46,778 nucleotides of DNA from Nemertoderma westbladi. Lineage: Eukaryota; Animalia; Xenacoelomorpha. Numbering within the stretch: the stretch's first letter is position 1; the number at the start of each line of letters is the position of its first letter. The notes beneath the pieces were generated by a model that saw nothing but the letters and a program-made list of their open reading frames with translations, was not told the DNA's origin and made no database searches. The stretch spans positions 1 to 46,778 of the forward strand of contig JAUCBJ010001450.1 in the NCBI GenBank assembly GCA_032718475.1, read 5' to 3'. Positions 1-10,824 of the stretch are shown in pieces. The position numbers and the translations under genes are program-made.

Positions 1-5
1 TAGGG

Positions 6-1678
6 GTGTCTGAGAGCGAGGCTGACTCGAAGATTTTCGAGGAGCCAAGGACCGTGGATATATTTATTAATACCCCACTTACAGGGACCGCACGACAGAC
101 CCGAAACTGGTGTGACCGTACGGGCGGGGGGGGGGGGGGGGGTAATAATAATACTACAGTAGACGACGTTAATATTAATGGTACCGTATTGGATAATCCT
201 AACCAAGCTTATATTGCAGGAAATACTTTGCCTGGTAGTAGTGATTTGAATTTAAATACAAATAATCTAAATAATAATTTCAATTTAAACGTGCAAAATA
301 ATCCGAATAATAATTTAAATTTAGAAAATAATAATAAATCAAATAATTTGAATAATGATCCAAGCCCGAATTTACAAAATAATTCAAATAGTGTAGTCGC
401 GCAAAATAATCCAAATGATTATATTTCGAACGAACAAAATAATTCCGTTTCTAATATAGGTGCTATTAACGCGAATGCGTCGGACGTGTATAACCCGACA
501 GACGGCGGCCTGGTAGGCCACGTAGTTAGTAGGCAGGAGGTGGCGGGGTTGAGTCGACCCGACGGCGGCCTGGTAGGCCACGTAGTTAGTAGGCAGGAGG
601 TGGCGGGGTTGAGTCGAGCCGACGGTGGCCTGGAGGCCATGTAGTTAGTAGGCAGGGGGTGGCGGGGTTGAGCCAACCTGGAGTAGGCCCGATAGGCCAA
701 GTAGTAGTGGAGAGAGAGGCAGGGGTAAGCGAACCCAGCCGCAGTAGAAATATTGTGTCGACTGGAGAGGGGTGTAGAAGAGAAGTAAGAGGTAGCGGTG
801 TGATATGTGGCGAGTGGGGGGGGGGCTACAGGAGCCCCACAACGAGAAGTTGGTGGCGAGAAGGGGGGGGGGCAGAGAGTGTCCCACAGGCGTCGGCGGA
901 TAATGCGCGGGCCGAATCAGGTAAACCGCAACACCCGGCGACGGAGAGTAATAGGGGGATTGCGAGTATCCCCAGCGGCGTGCGATCGAGCAGAGAGAGG
1001 CAGGTTGACATCCCGAGAGGGCGGACGAAGCGTCGAGCCCGATCAGAAGAGGGAAGAAGAACAGTAGAGTTTAACCGGGAGGTCGACGAGAGATCTCACG
1101 AGCGGGAATACTGCACTGAAAGGAGAAGAAGAGAAGACAGCAGAAGAAGTATCGCCGCGAACGACAGGAGAGTGAGGACGGATAGCGAGCCGTCGGTGGT
1201 CGAGATGGAAAGGGAGAGTCGGTGGGGTCGCACTTCGGGAGATTGCCGTCGTCCCGGAGAGACGCGACCTGACGAGACGCGTTACGCGTCGAGAGAGGGG
1301 TACACGATGTACCGGCACGAAGACGAGAGTAGTAGAGGGGGTCGAAGAGAAACTTTCCGACGGGATATACCTACAGATCGAGAGTACGGTAGCCGCGGGG
1401 AGGATTATTCGAGTAGAATAAACTTCGATCCCGAGCAACACATACAGACTGTAGGACATACTGTAGGCCTTACTGCACATACCATAGGCCATGCTGACAG
1501 GAATAATGTAGGCGATGGGATAGCGCGGACGACGGAATTAAACCCGGAAGTCGCGGAGTACATACCGGCAGGTAGGCCCGAAGCTGATAGGCCTATACTG
1601 GTACCAGTACAGCAGTATGACTACAGCATGCAAGGACATAACATATACCCAGGGGAGGGGGGGAATCATTGCGGATAG
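6..1678 (+). pseudogene. Low-complexity N-terminal extension of element-1 Gag (Asn-rich, then Arg/Glu-rich), broken by two frameshifts
   Basis: ORF 6-644 shifts into ORF 659-1678 through a 1-nt deletion in the third copy of the 60-bp repeat (CTGGTAGGC to CTGGAGGC). ORF 659-1678 overlaps the 1617 frame across a G-run near 1652-1663. Confidence 0.7.
501..673 (+). repeat. 60-bp coding tandem repeat, about 3 copies (DGGLVGHVVSRQEVAGLSRP)
   Basis: Units begin GACGG(C/T)GGCCTGG at 501, 561 and 621. Confidence 0.95.
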
Positions 1679-4600
1679 ATGCATGGGCCCCAATATATTA
1701 ACATCAACCCCAGTACCAAACATACCGGTGGGGGGGGGGGGGGGGGGGGACAGGGTGACATTCCCCCATCGCAATATCAACAATATAACCCCGATAGGAG
1801 CAAGAACAATGAGACCCTTGGATGGAAATAGGTCATGTGACACAGAAATATGGAGGGGGCCGCTACCCCCAATGATATACCCAAGCCAAAGAAAGGCAGA
1901 AAATAGGGCGGGCGGACCACACCCAACAGGAGAAACTATACAACATCCATCGAATCCATTGGAAGCGCAGGCGATGGGGATGGCCACGTTGATCGATGCA
2001 TTAAAAACAAGGATCGAATTACCACCCGTGGAACCATTCAAATTCGATGGGAGTAGGCCGGAAGAATATCTCCAGTTTCGGCGTATGTATAGTAACGAAA
2101 TACTAACAAAGAACTTGACGCAGGCGGACTGCCTAAAGTATCTGCAAGTATACACAGGAGGCTCAGCATACGAAATCGTGAGGCAATATCAGGGCATAGA
2201 GGGCGGCTTCACGACGGCATGGCGGGCACTGGACAGGGAATACGGGCACCCGGCCAAGATCATCAGGCAGACCCTGAGAGGCATAACATCGGGTGGCCTA
2301 CAGGATAATCCCGTTAGCATTAAGACATTCGCGAACAAGGTCGAGAAGGCGCTAATCGTGTTAAAGACGCTAGACGCGCCATACGAACTCAACGCGTCCA
2401 ACAACATCACCACGATAGCGCAGGCACTACCGATGTGGTTGCGCAACAAGTGGAGGAAAATCGCTTTCTCCACTCGAGATAGGAAGGGTGCGGAACCGGG
2501 TTTAGAAGAAATGTCAAGCTTCTTGAACTACGAAGCTGAACTAATAACCGACCCAGTCTATAGCGAAGATAGCCTGGGAAAGGGACCGAAGACGGATTAC
2601 CATAGACCGAAACCAGAGCACAATACGTCAAACGCATTACCGAAGCTCAGGCAATCACTGCCATATGCAGCAACGCAGGGGACTGCAAGTCCACAGGTAG
2701 CCGAAGGTAAGACCACACCATGGAACGGACAGGGGAACAATAACAACACGAATAAATATAACCCCAGTACGTCCAGTAGGCCGAACCCAAACAATAAGAA
2801 TAGTAGGGACTTTGGTACAAACGCAGCTGCGATACGCAATGCACTGTATAAGGAGGGCTACGACCCAAAGAGCAAATGCCAGCTACATACAAATGCGCTT
2901 CATCAAACCATGAACTGCAGGTACTGGCAAGCGCTACCCAGGGAAGATCAGGTAGAATATGCGGCGAGGAATGAGATCTGCTCGCGATGTGTGATGAGTG
3001 GACATAGAGCTAGGCAATGCAAGGAGACGCCGGTCAAGTTTGGTCAAAGGAAAGGCCAAACGATGGCAACAAGCACAGTAGGGACGAAGAAGAGAGGAAC
3101 GGTGCTACTTGGGGTAGTACCTGTGCGAGTGATTGGAGAAGGCAATCGATCAGTAACAACACTAATGCTGGTTGATAGTGGAGCTGCCTTCACATTAGTC
3201 GAGGATTGGGTGGCCGAAGAAATAGGATTGAGAACGAGGCCAAGTAGAATGGCGGTAACAACCATCTCCAGCAAAGATGAGGTCCTGGAGATGAGAACCG
3301 GATGGTGCACCATCGCAGCAATAGCACCAGGATGCGACTATGGGGCGAGCATCGACCCCATCCAAGTGATAGAGTCAATAAACATCAATGCCAGACGGCC
3401 AACCAACATCGAGGTCGAACAATATAAATTTCTGGATGATATCGACTTCTCAATCACAGAGGTGGACGTTAGGAAGGTATCCATCATAGTAGGAATGGAC
3501 TGCCCAACGGCCCACGAAAGAATGCAAACGGTCTTCGGCGAAGACAAGCAGTGTGACCCGGTGGCGATACTGACACCATTCGGGTGGACGCTGAGTGGCC
3601 CAATCAAGAGCAAGATACCATTTAGGATGTCGGAGACATCAGGATGCATGTTCGCGGGAACTATGCAGGAAATGAGTGATGAGAGAGCAGAGGAGCAGCT
3701 TAAAAGACTGCTCAGACAGGATTTTGAAGGATTAAAGGAGACCGGGGTCGGGACCTCGGTGGAAGACAAACAGGCTCAGCAGAGCGTAGAGGAGTCTATG
3801 AAATGCGACGAGGGGCGGTACACCATAGGAATGGTATGGAAGCTACCGAAGCTACCACTGCCCGATAATAGAGGGATGGTACTCACGAGGCTCCGCAAGC
3901 TGAAGCAGACACTAAAACGGAGCCCCGAGAAGAATGAGTACATCCACAGAACGATTAAGAAGTACATCAAGAAAGGATGGGCCGTGGAGTTACCGGTCGA
4001 CGAACCAAACACGGACAGGACATATTACCTGTCACTCCACGTGGCTTTAGACCCAAAGAAAGGTAAACTGCGGATGGTAGTTGACGCATCGGCAAAGACC
4101 AACGGAAAATGCTTAAACAACTATCTACTAGAAGGTCCGAACATATACAACTCAGGGATAGAGGTCCTACTTAGATTTAGAAATGGGAAACACGCCTTCA
4201 CGTGTGACATAGAAGGCATGTTCAACCAAGTCCGTGTAACGGAGGAAGATAGCAACAGTCAACGCTTCTTGTGGTACAACGGTGACGAAGAACCGTCGAT
4301 AATACCGACGTACAAGATGGTAGTACAGAACATGGGAGCCAAGTCGTCTTCATTTACGACGACTATGGCAGTAAGAGATACAGTGAAGGGGAAGGAGGAT
4401 AGATACAGCACTAGGGCCGTCGATATGATTCGACGCGGCTTCTACATAGATGACGGAATGGAGTCTGGAAATACGGTTAAGGAGATACTGGACACAGGGC
4501 GCGAGGTTCGCGACATCCTAAAAGGATCCGGCTTTAACCTGACCAAATTCCAATCCAGTTCGGAGGAATTTATCAAGGCAATAGGGGACGAGAGACCAGA

Positions 4601-5429
4601 ATCGACTATGGATAATCCCACAACGGCCAAAGGACAGGACATGGCGAACAAGAGGACAGAATCTCAACAGAAGGCACTGGGAATCGTGTGGAACAGAGAG
4701 ACAGATGAACTGAAGTACCAGCTGAGCCAGGAGGGCGCAGACACCCACACAAAGAGAGGCTATGTGTCATACATAGCAAGAATATACGATCCCCTAGGTC
4801 TAGCATCCCCACTATTAGTCACGGGGAAACAGATACTCAAGAGAGTATACAAACTGAAGGATGAGTGGGACGTAGAGGTACCAGAGGAGATCAAGAAACA
4901 GTGGTGTAAGTGGACAGAAGGTTTGGAGAAGATGGGAACATACAACATGCCGCGAGTGTATTTCCTGGATGGGAACATGACGAATCTGGACTTACACATG
5001 TTCTCCGATGCGTCGTTGGAGGCGTACGGAGCGGCACTCTATTTAGTACAACGAGAGGGGGCTCACAAGCCCAGACTGGCCTTTAGCAAAGCTAAGTCAA
5101 CGCCGCCAGATTCAGCATCAGTTCCCAAACTAGAATTGACAGCTGCCAGACTAGGAGTTAGGGCCACAGCCTACCTAGTGGATACTATTCCCAACATAGT
5201 GGAGACACACTACTGGACGGATTCCATGGTAGTGCTTGGTTGGCTACATAACGAAAGGACGAGATACCCTATATTCGTCGCGAATAGGGTGGACGAGATA
5301 AGGGCGACCACAGAATTGGAAAGGTGGCACTACTGCCCAACGGACGAGAACCAAGCGGACTTGTTATCAAGGGGCGTGGCACGCCACACTTTCTTAAAAA
5401 AGGAAGGATTGTGGCAACACGGGCCGTAG
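1617..5429 (+). CDS. Bel/Pao Gag-protease-RT-RNase H polyprotein of element 1 (continues in frame past the TAG at 5427)
   Basis: Gag core (PFKFDGSRPEEYLQF...ALDREYG), Zn motif CSRCVMSGHRARQC, protease LVDSGA, RT CDIEGMFNQV and FYIDDG, RNase H LHMFSDAS...WTDS...NQADLLSRG. Confidence 0.95.
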   Translation: MTTACKDITYTQGRGGIIADRCMGPNILTSTPVPNIPVGGGGGGDRVTFPHRNINNITPIGARTMRPLDGNRSCDTEIWRGPLPPMIYPSQRKAENRAGGPHPTGETIQHPSNPLEAQAMGMATLIDALKTRIELPPVEPFKFDGSRPEEYLQFRRMYSNEILTKNLTQADCLKYLQVYTGGSAYEIVRQYQGIEGGFTTAWRALDREYGHPAKIIRQTLRGITSGGLQDNPVSIKTFANKVEKALIVLKTLDAPYELNASNNITTIAQALPMWLRNKWRKIAFSTRDRKGAEPGLEEMSSFLNYEAELITDPVYSEDSLGKGPKTDYHRPKPEHNTSNALPKLRQSLPYAATQGTASPQVAEGKTTPWNGQGNNNNTNKYNPSTSSRPNPNNKNSRDFGTNAAAIRNALYKEGYDPKSKCQLHTNALHQTMNCRYWQALPREDQVEYAARNEICSRCVMSGHRARQCKETPVKFGQRKGQTMATSTVGTKKRGTVLLGVVPVRVIGEGNRSVTTLMLVDSGAAFTLVEDWVAEEIGLRTRPSRMAVTTISSKDEVLEMRTGWCTIAAIAPGCDYGASIDPIQVIESININARRPTNIEVEQYKFLDDIDFSITEVDVRKVSIIVGMDCPTAHERMQTVFGEDKQCDPVAILTPFGWTLSGPIKSKIPFRMSETSGCMFAGTMQEMSDERAEEQLKRLLRQDFEGLKETGVGTSVEDKQAQQSVEESMKCDEGRYTIGMVWKLPKLPLPDNRGMVLTRLRKLKQTLKRSPEKNEYIHRTIKKYIKKGWAVELPVDEPNTDRTYYLSLHVALDPKKGKLRMVVDASAKTNGKCLNNYLLEGPNIYNSGIEVLLRFRNGKHAFTCDIEGMFNQVRVTEEDSNSQRFLWYNGDEEPSIIPTYKMVVQNMGAKSSSFTTTMAVRDTVKGKEDRYSTRAVDMIRRGFYIDDGMESGNTVKEILDTGREVRDILKGSGFNLTKFQSSSEEFIKAIGDERPESTMDNPTTAKGQDMANKRTESQQKALGIVWNRETDELKYQLSQEGADTHTKRGYVSYIARIYDPLGLASPLLVTGKQILKRVYKLKDEWDVEVPEEIKKQWCKWTEGLEKMGTYNMPRVYFLDGNMTNLDLHMFSDASLEAYGAALYLVQREGAHKPRLAFSKAKSTPPDSASVPKLELTAARLGVRATAYLVDTIPNIVETHYWTDSMVVLGWLHNERTRYPIFVANRVDEIRATTELERWHYCPTDENQADLLSRGVARHTFLKKEGLWQHGP

Positions 5430-5459
5430 TTTCTGAGCGACAAGGAGGCCTGGCCGCCG

Positions 5460-7088
5460 ATGAGAAAGGTGGACCCGGGCTCAGGAGAGGTAGTGTCAGA
5501 AGGTGAAGAGGGAGATTCAGAGGGAGAAGAGATATACTCCCAGATGGTGAGGGAGATAAGGGACGTGCAACCTAAGCCAGAAGAACTGTGCGATAACCCG
5601 ATGGATAAACTCCTCAGCTACAGCTCTAGTTGGTACAAGACCAAGAAACTAGTGGCGTACTGGAGAGCCTTCGGGAATTTCCTCGCGGGAGTTGGCAAAT
5701 GCAAGAAGATCAGGAGAACAATAGATCTGGAAGAAGCGGCCAAAGCAGTAATCCGCTATGAACAACGGAAGAGCTATGGCGACGAGGTGGAACACGTTGG
5801 TAAACAACAGCATCTCCGACGAGACAGCGAGTTGATCACGCTGTCACCACAACTTAATGACGACGGGATTCTAGTAATGAACTCCAGGGTGGGATACAAC
5901 AACAGCATAGTCATACCACCGAAACCCATCATCATTCCCACATGATCGCCAATAATCCACCAGATTATCTGGGACTCCCACAAGTCGATATTGCACGGGG
6001 GCACCAACCGAACCGTTACGGAGATACGGAGGACCTTTTGGGTCAAGCAGTTGAGGAAGAAGGTAAAAGCGGTAGTGGGGCAGTGCCAGACCTGCCGACG
6101 AGCGAAGAAGGAGCGAGCCATACAAGAGATGGCACCACTACCAGCGAGTAGAGTAAGACAGCACGACCCGCCATTTACACATTGCGGTGTGGACATGTTC
6201 GGGCCGATAAAGATCAAGGTGATGCGGCATACGGAGAAACGCTACGGTATTATCTTCGTATGTAACAACACGCGGGCGGTAGGGATAGAACTCGCCCAAG
6301 ATGCAACCGCATCAGCATTTATTAATGCATTAGAAAGGTTCAGAGACCGCAAAGGTGGGACGATCCCAGTAATGTACTCCGACAGCGGAACCAACTTTGT
6401 GGGAGCAGAGAACGAGATGGCAGAGGCCTTGGACATCTTGGAAGGGGAGGAAGTCAGGGCGGCCATGAGACGACGACAAGTAAAGTGGGAGAGAAGGACA
6501 CCGTATGCACCACATACACTAGGATGCGTCGAGAGACTGGTGGGCAGTTCGAAGCGTCTCATGACGAAGTTAATCAACACCCACATGGCCACGGAGGACG
6601 TCTTGAGAACAGTACTTGCGAAGTGCGAGGGTATCATTAATAGCAGACCGCTATATCCGGAGAATGATGACACTGAGTCATTAGATGTGCTGACGCCCAG
6701 CCATTTTCTAATGGAAAGGCCAGCGACCATCAATATGCGGGGTGTAGACCCAGATGACATACACTCCCGCCAGAGTTGGAAGGTCGCTAAAGCGATAAGC
6801 GCAGAGTACTGGAGAAGGTGGGTTGAGGAATACCTACCCATGCTTCACAAAAGAAGCAAGTGGAGGAAGTCGAATAGGGAGTTAAGAGAGGGAGATCTCG
6901 TAATCGTTACGGATGATACTATCATCAACAACCAGTGGCGGTTGGCGAGAGTTGTAGGCACTTTCTCCGATGAGGACGGAAGAGTCCGATCGGTAGAAGT
7001 GCGGATAGGTGGCAAGATAGGTGCGAAAGACAGAAAAACCTACAGGAGAGCTGTAGGGAAATGCTGTCTATTAGAAGGGGCACCTTAG
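5460..7088 (+). pseudogene. Element-1 Pol C-terminus: linker and DDE integrase with HHCC Zn domain, with an in-frame TGA at 5943
   Basis: ORFs 1617, 5460 and 5991 share one frame, separated only by TAG 5427-5429 and TGA 5943-5945. H..HGG..CQTC, GVDMFGP, SDSGTNF, GCVERLV and a C-terminal WRRWVEEYL...DGRVRSV...CLLE. Confidence 0.93.
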
Positions 7089-7195
7089 GGTGGAGTTAGA
7101 GTGTAGTTTAGTCGTCCAAGTTTTGGACTGAGGGGGGTGGGATTGAGGGCGAGACGCCCTTCCCACACATAAAATAAAAAATAAAATAAATAAAA

Positions 7196-7805
7196 ATTAG
7201 AGTTAGTTAGTTAGTTAGGAGTTAGTTAGAAGGTACGTAGTACCCAGAGTTAGTTAGTTAGTTAGTTAGAAGGTACGTAGTACCTAGAGTTAGTTAGTTA
7301 GTTAGTTAGGAGGTAAGTAGCACCGAGAGTTAGGAGTCAGTTAGTTAGAGGTGTTAGAGAAGTAGTAAGAGGGTACATAGTACCAATGGTTAGTAGAGTT
7401 AGAGTAGTTAGTTAGAGGGTACGTAGTACCGTTGGTTAGTAGAGAAGGTTAGTGGAGTTAGAGGTTAGTAAGAGGGTACGTAGTACCGGTTAGTAAGAGT
7501 AGAGTTGGAAGTTAGTAAGAGGGTACGTAGTACCGATAGTTAGTGGAGTTAGAGGTTAGTAAGAGGGTACGTAGTACCGGTTAGTAAGAGTAGAGTTGGA
7601 AGTTAGTAAGAGGGTATGTAGTACCGATAGTTAGTGGAGTTAGAGAGTAGTAAGAGGGTACGTAGTACCGTTAGTGGAGTTAGAGTAAGAGTTAGAGGGT
7701 ACGTAGTACCGCTAGTTAGGGAGAGAGAGTAAGAGTTAGAGGGTACGTAGTACCGCTAGTTAGTTGGAGGTTAGTAAGAGGGTACGTAGTACCGATTAGT
7801 AAGAG
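7196..7805 (+). repeat. Array of 13 GGTAC-GTA-GTACC mini-hairpins with TTAG/AGAG-rich spacers
   Basis: Motif (3 variant copies) at about 7232, 7272, 7312, 7372, 7418, 7475, 7522, 7566, 7613, 7657, 7698, 7742 and 7781, spaced 39-60 nt apart. Confidence 0.92.
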
Positions 7806-8277
7806 ATAGAGGTGGAAGGGTATATATAGTATAGATATTAGTCAGTAGTTAGTAGCGAGAGGGGGGCATATGAGTACAGTTGGATAGATCGTGTAGGCCA
7901 CGCGACATATACTGCTGTACTGCACAGGCCCATAGAGTAGGTCAGAATGTGGATTATGAAATAGAATAATCCATAAACAGTAAAGTAGTAGAATTAAGTT
8001 AAATTAAAAATAAATAGAATAAATAGGGCTAAAAATTACAAATTATGGTAACAGCAGGGAAATTATTCTGGAACATAATTAAAGCAACGGACAGAAATTG
8101 CAAATAGGGTACATTTGTTAGCTACAAAATTAGGTAATAGAAATTTAGGCTAAAAGGCGTAGTTAGATAGGAAATAGGCCATTCTCGAACTGTGCAGACC
8201 ATCAGAAACTTATCACTCATCTGTATTGCGCCTTGGTAAGGCACCACCTTACAGGTGAGCGAGTGAGAGTGTTCGGA

Positions 8278-10824
8278 ATGGCGGGAAAACTGATCAGAAA
8301 GAGAAAGGCGGAACAAGGAGGAAAGGAGATACTGGTGGATTTCACCAAGAGGCATCCGGAAGAGAAGACGAGAGGATACTACGAGAGGTTGGAAAAGGGT
8401 CATGCGGCACGAGCGCTGCAGGACCACTTCCGGGAGATGCACGAACAGCGGCTGGTCGGGACCTACGGGACGCCGTCGCTGGACAATGCGATCTTCCAAC
8501 ACTTCCACTACGTGGTGAAAGGGGACGAGGCGAAGTTCGGGATTCCGAAGTACCCGAGGGAGTCGCCGAAGAAGGATTGGAAGAGGTTTATAGAGTCCGT
8601 CAACAGGGGAGGATATATGATCCTAGACGACGAGGGAACCGTGGAAGACGAGGATCAGCGGGGTTGGCCAGGACCATACTCCTACATTTGGCCGCGCCAA
8701 ATGGGGACATTTTCATATTCGATCTAGGAACGTATGGGAAAAAGGACGGGCCGAAATTAAACCGGTTGCCGAAAGCGGTGCAAGTCCTGGTAAGAGAGAA
8801 GTCGACGACGAAGGTGGGATTGGTGATTCGCGACGACGCGGAGAGAATCATCGGTCCGCACACCCCCAACCTTCTGGACATGCAGGTGGTCTTCATGGCT
8901 ATGACAGCACCGACTGGTTGGGAGTAGTGGAGAACACAGGCCAGTGCGGAGCGGTGGCGATGGGCCAGCTATTGGGGCTCGTGTGTCATAAGCCGACGGA
9001 CTGGGGAAAGTTCAGAGAAGAGTACGGAGCAGAGTTGGCGAACTCGCTGAAGTGGGGAGCGAGGCCAGGAAAGCAAGAGGTGTATCAATTCCGAAGAGGA
9101 GCGATAAAGGTATATCAGAAGCGATATATCCTGCAGGAAGATTGGATAATGATAAGTTTGCTTAACTTATTCATGACCGTGGTTATCGAGAGGGAACCAG
9201 CGGCATTTCTGTTATCGGGATCACCCATAAGCTACAGGAGAGCCTTTAAGACGGCCTTTGACGGTCTGGTAGACCACCCGGGGCTGAAGGGCGAGTCGGT
9301 GTACTACAACAGCCGACATCTGATAGACGGGGAGATAGATACGCCGTATCAGAGATGGGAGAAGCTAGAGACGGATAGACGAGAGGCAAAGCGACTGGAA
9401 GAAGTCACGAGACGGGAGAGGATAGAAGCAGAGGAGAGGGAGGAGGAGGCCAGGACGCAGAGTTACGGCTTCGAGGAACAGGCAGGCTTAGACGAACTTC
9501 GTTGGACTTCATCAGGGAGTTCGGGGGAGTCTCTAGGGCAAGAACTGGGATGGACGGTGGGATCGCCGAAACAGTCGACGTCGGGGTTGCAAGTGATGCC
9601 CATACCAGCGGGCGCCGAAGGCGACCAACCGCTAAGGAAGTTAGGGGAGCTAGAGGGATGGAGAGCTACGGGCGAGAGCCAAGGCGGGAAGGGACATAGT
9701 GGATCCATCGGGATACCGGGGTTGGAACCACTGCCAGAGGAGGACGGAGACGACGACGAGTTCGGAGAGATGCCGCCCATCGAGAGGATTGGCCACTCGG
9801 ACACGGACTGTGTTGGCGGGAGGGTGGTGACGGCCAGTGGGGCGAGGGCCTTCTGGGATAGACCCGGCAAGCGGGCCTGGGTGCACGAGGAGCCAGCGAT
9901 GGATTTCGCGGGGAGCACTATCAGGTTGGGCGAGCAACCGGGGACGGCACCACGGGTAGTATTCGGGGAGACGATGCCCGAGAGGGGCGAGGAGGTCGAC
10001 GTAGACAGGGACACTAACGTGCAGAAGTTCGCCTACCAGCGACTCCACAGACCGCGGAGATCGCTTGGGACGAAAGACGACGTGGGGCGGGAGACATTGG
10101 TACTCGGTTGCGATTACTGTGGGAGACAGACCCACCAGGAAAGGAGCTGTTTGTACCGATTCCAAAAGGGGACCTTTTGTCTCTACTGCCGCGAGTCGAG
10201 CCACAGGATGGGGGCGTGTCCATGGTTGCATAACCGATGTCCGAAGTGTAACTTTCGGGGACACTACGGACGCCAGTGCGACTGGATGGACGATGAAGAA
10301 AAGTTCAAAATCTTCGAGGAGTGGACCGACGTCGGGGCCATGACGCGGCAACGCATGAAGGCCCAGGAGTTCAAGTGGGGTTTCTTCCTTATCAATCAGG
10401 AGGCTCACTTGGAAATCATAAAGCAGAGGTTACCGTTTACCTATCAAGAGGTAGCAACAGCGGCGTCGTATGCCGGGGTGATGAATACACAAAGTATTTG
10501 GACAGGTGGACGCCACAGAACCGAGGGGAGTTTAGGGATTTCTTGGCGGAGCATGTGCCGCGAGCAATGAAGATGATCTTATGGGACGCCACCAGGGGGA
10601 GAAAACAGGGCCACTCGGAGGGGCCACCCGCGAAGCGATATTGGGAGCTGATAACACCAGCACCCAAGGAGCCAACGACCGGTATCAGTAAGGAGGTGGC
10701 GGCGAGAGTCCGAAGACAGAAAGCGGATCCCAGGGGAGCGGTAGTGACCAGGAAACGACCCAGGGAGGAGGACGGCAAAGGGAAAGACTTGAGGTGGTTC
10801 CCCAAGTCAGGAGGGATAGACTGA
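8278..10824 (+). CDS. Element-1 accessory ORF (about 849 aa once three 1-nt gaps are repaired): putative DEDDy 3'-5' exonuclease, acidic linker, three CCHC zinc knuckles, basic tail
   Basis: ORFs 8233, 8577, 8918 and 10321 join by three -1 shifts at short homopolymers (about 8660 GGGG, 8920 GGG, 10490 AAA). Exo-like motifs YMILDDEG, ILLHLAAPNGDIFIFDL, KVGLVIRDDAERI, NLLDMQ, QKRYILQED. Knuckles CDYCGRQTHQERSC, CLYCRESSHRMGAC, CPKCNFRGHYGRQC. Confidence 0.78.

Noticed and set aside
7196-7805. CRISPR array or telomeric repeat
   Set aside because: The repeat is only 13 nt, the spacers are low-complexity and related to each other, no cas genes are present and the context is eukaryotic. The unit is TTAG rather than a TTAGG/TTAGGG run.
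8278-10824. Envelope (env) gene
   Set aside because: The position fits, but no signal peptide, furin-site/fusion-peptide arrangement or TM anchor is evident. The same applies to 30567-32015.
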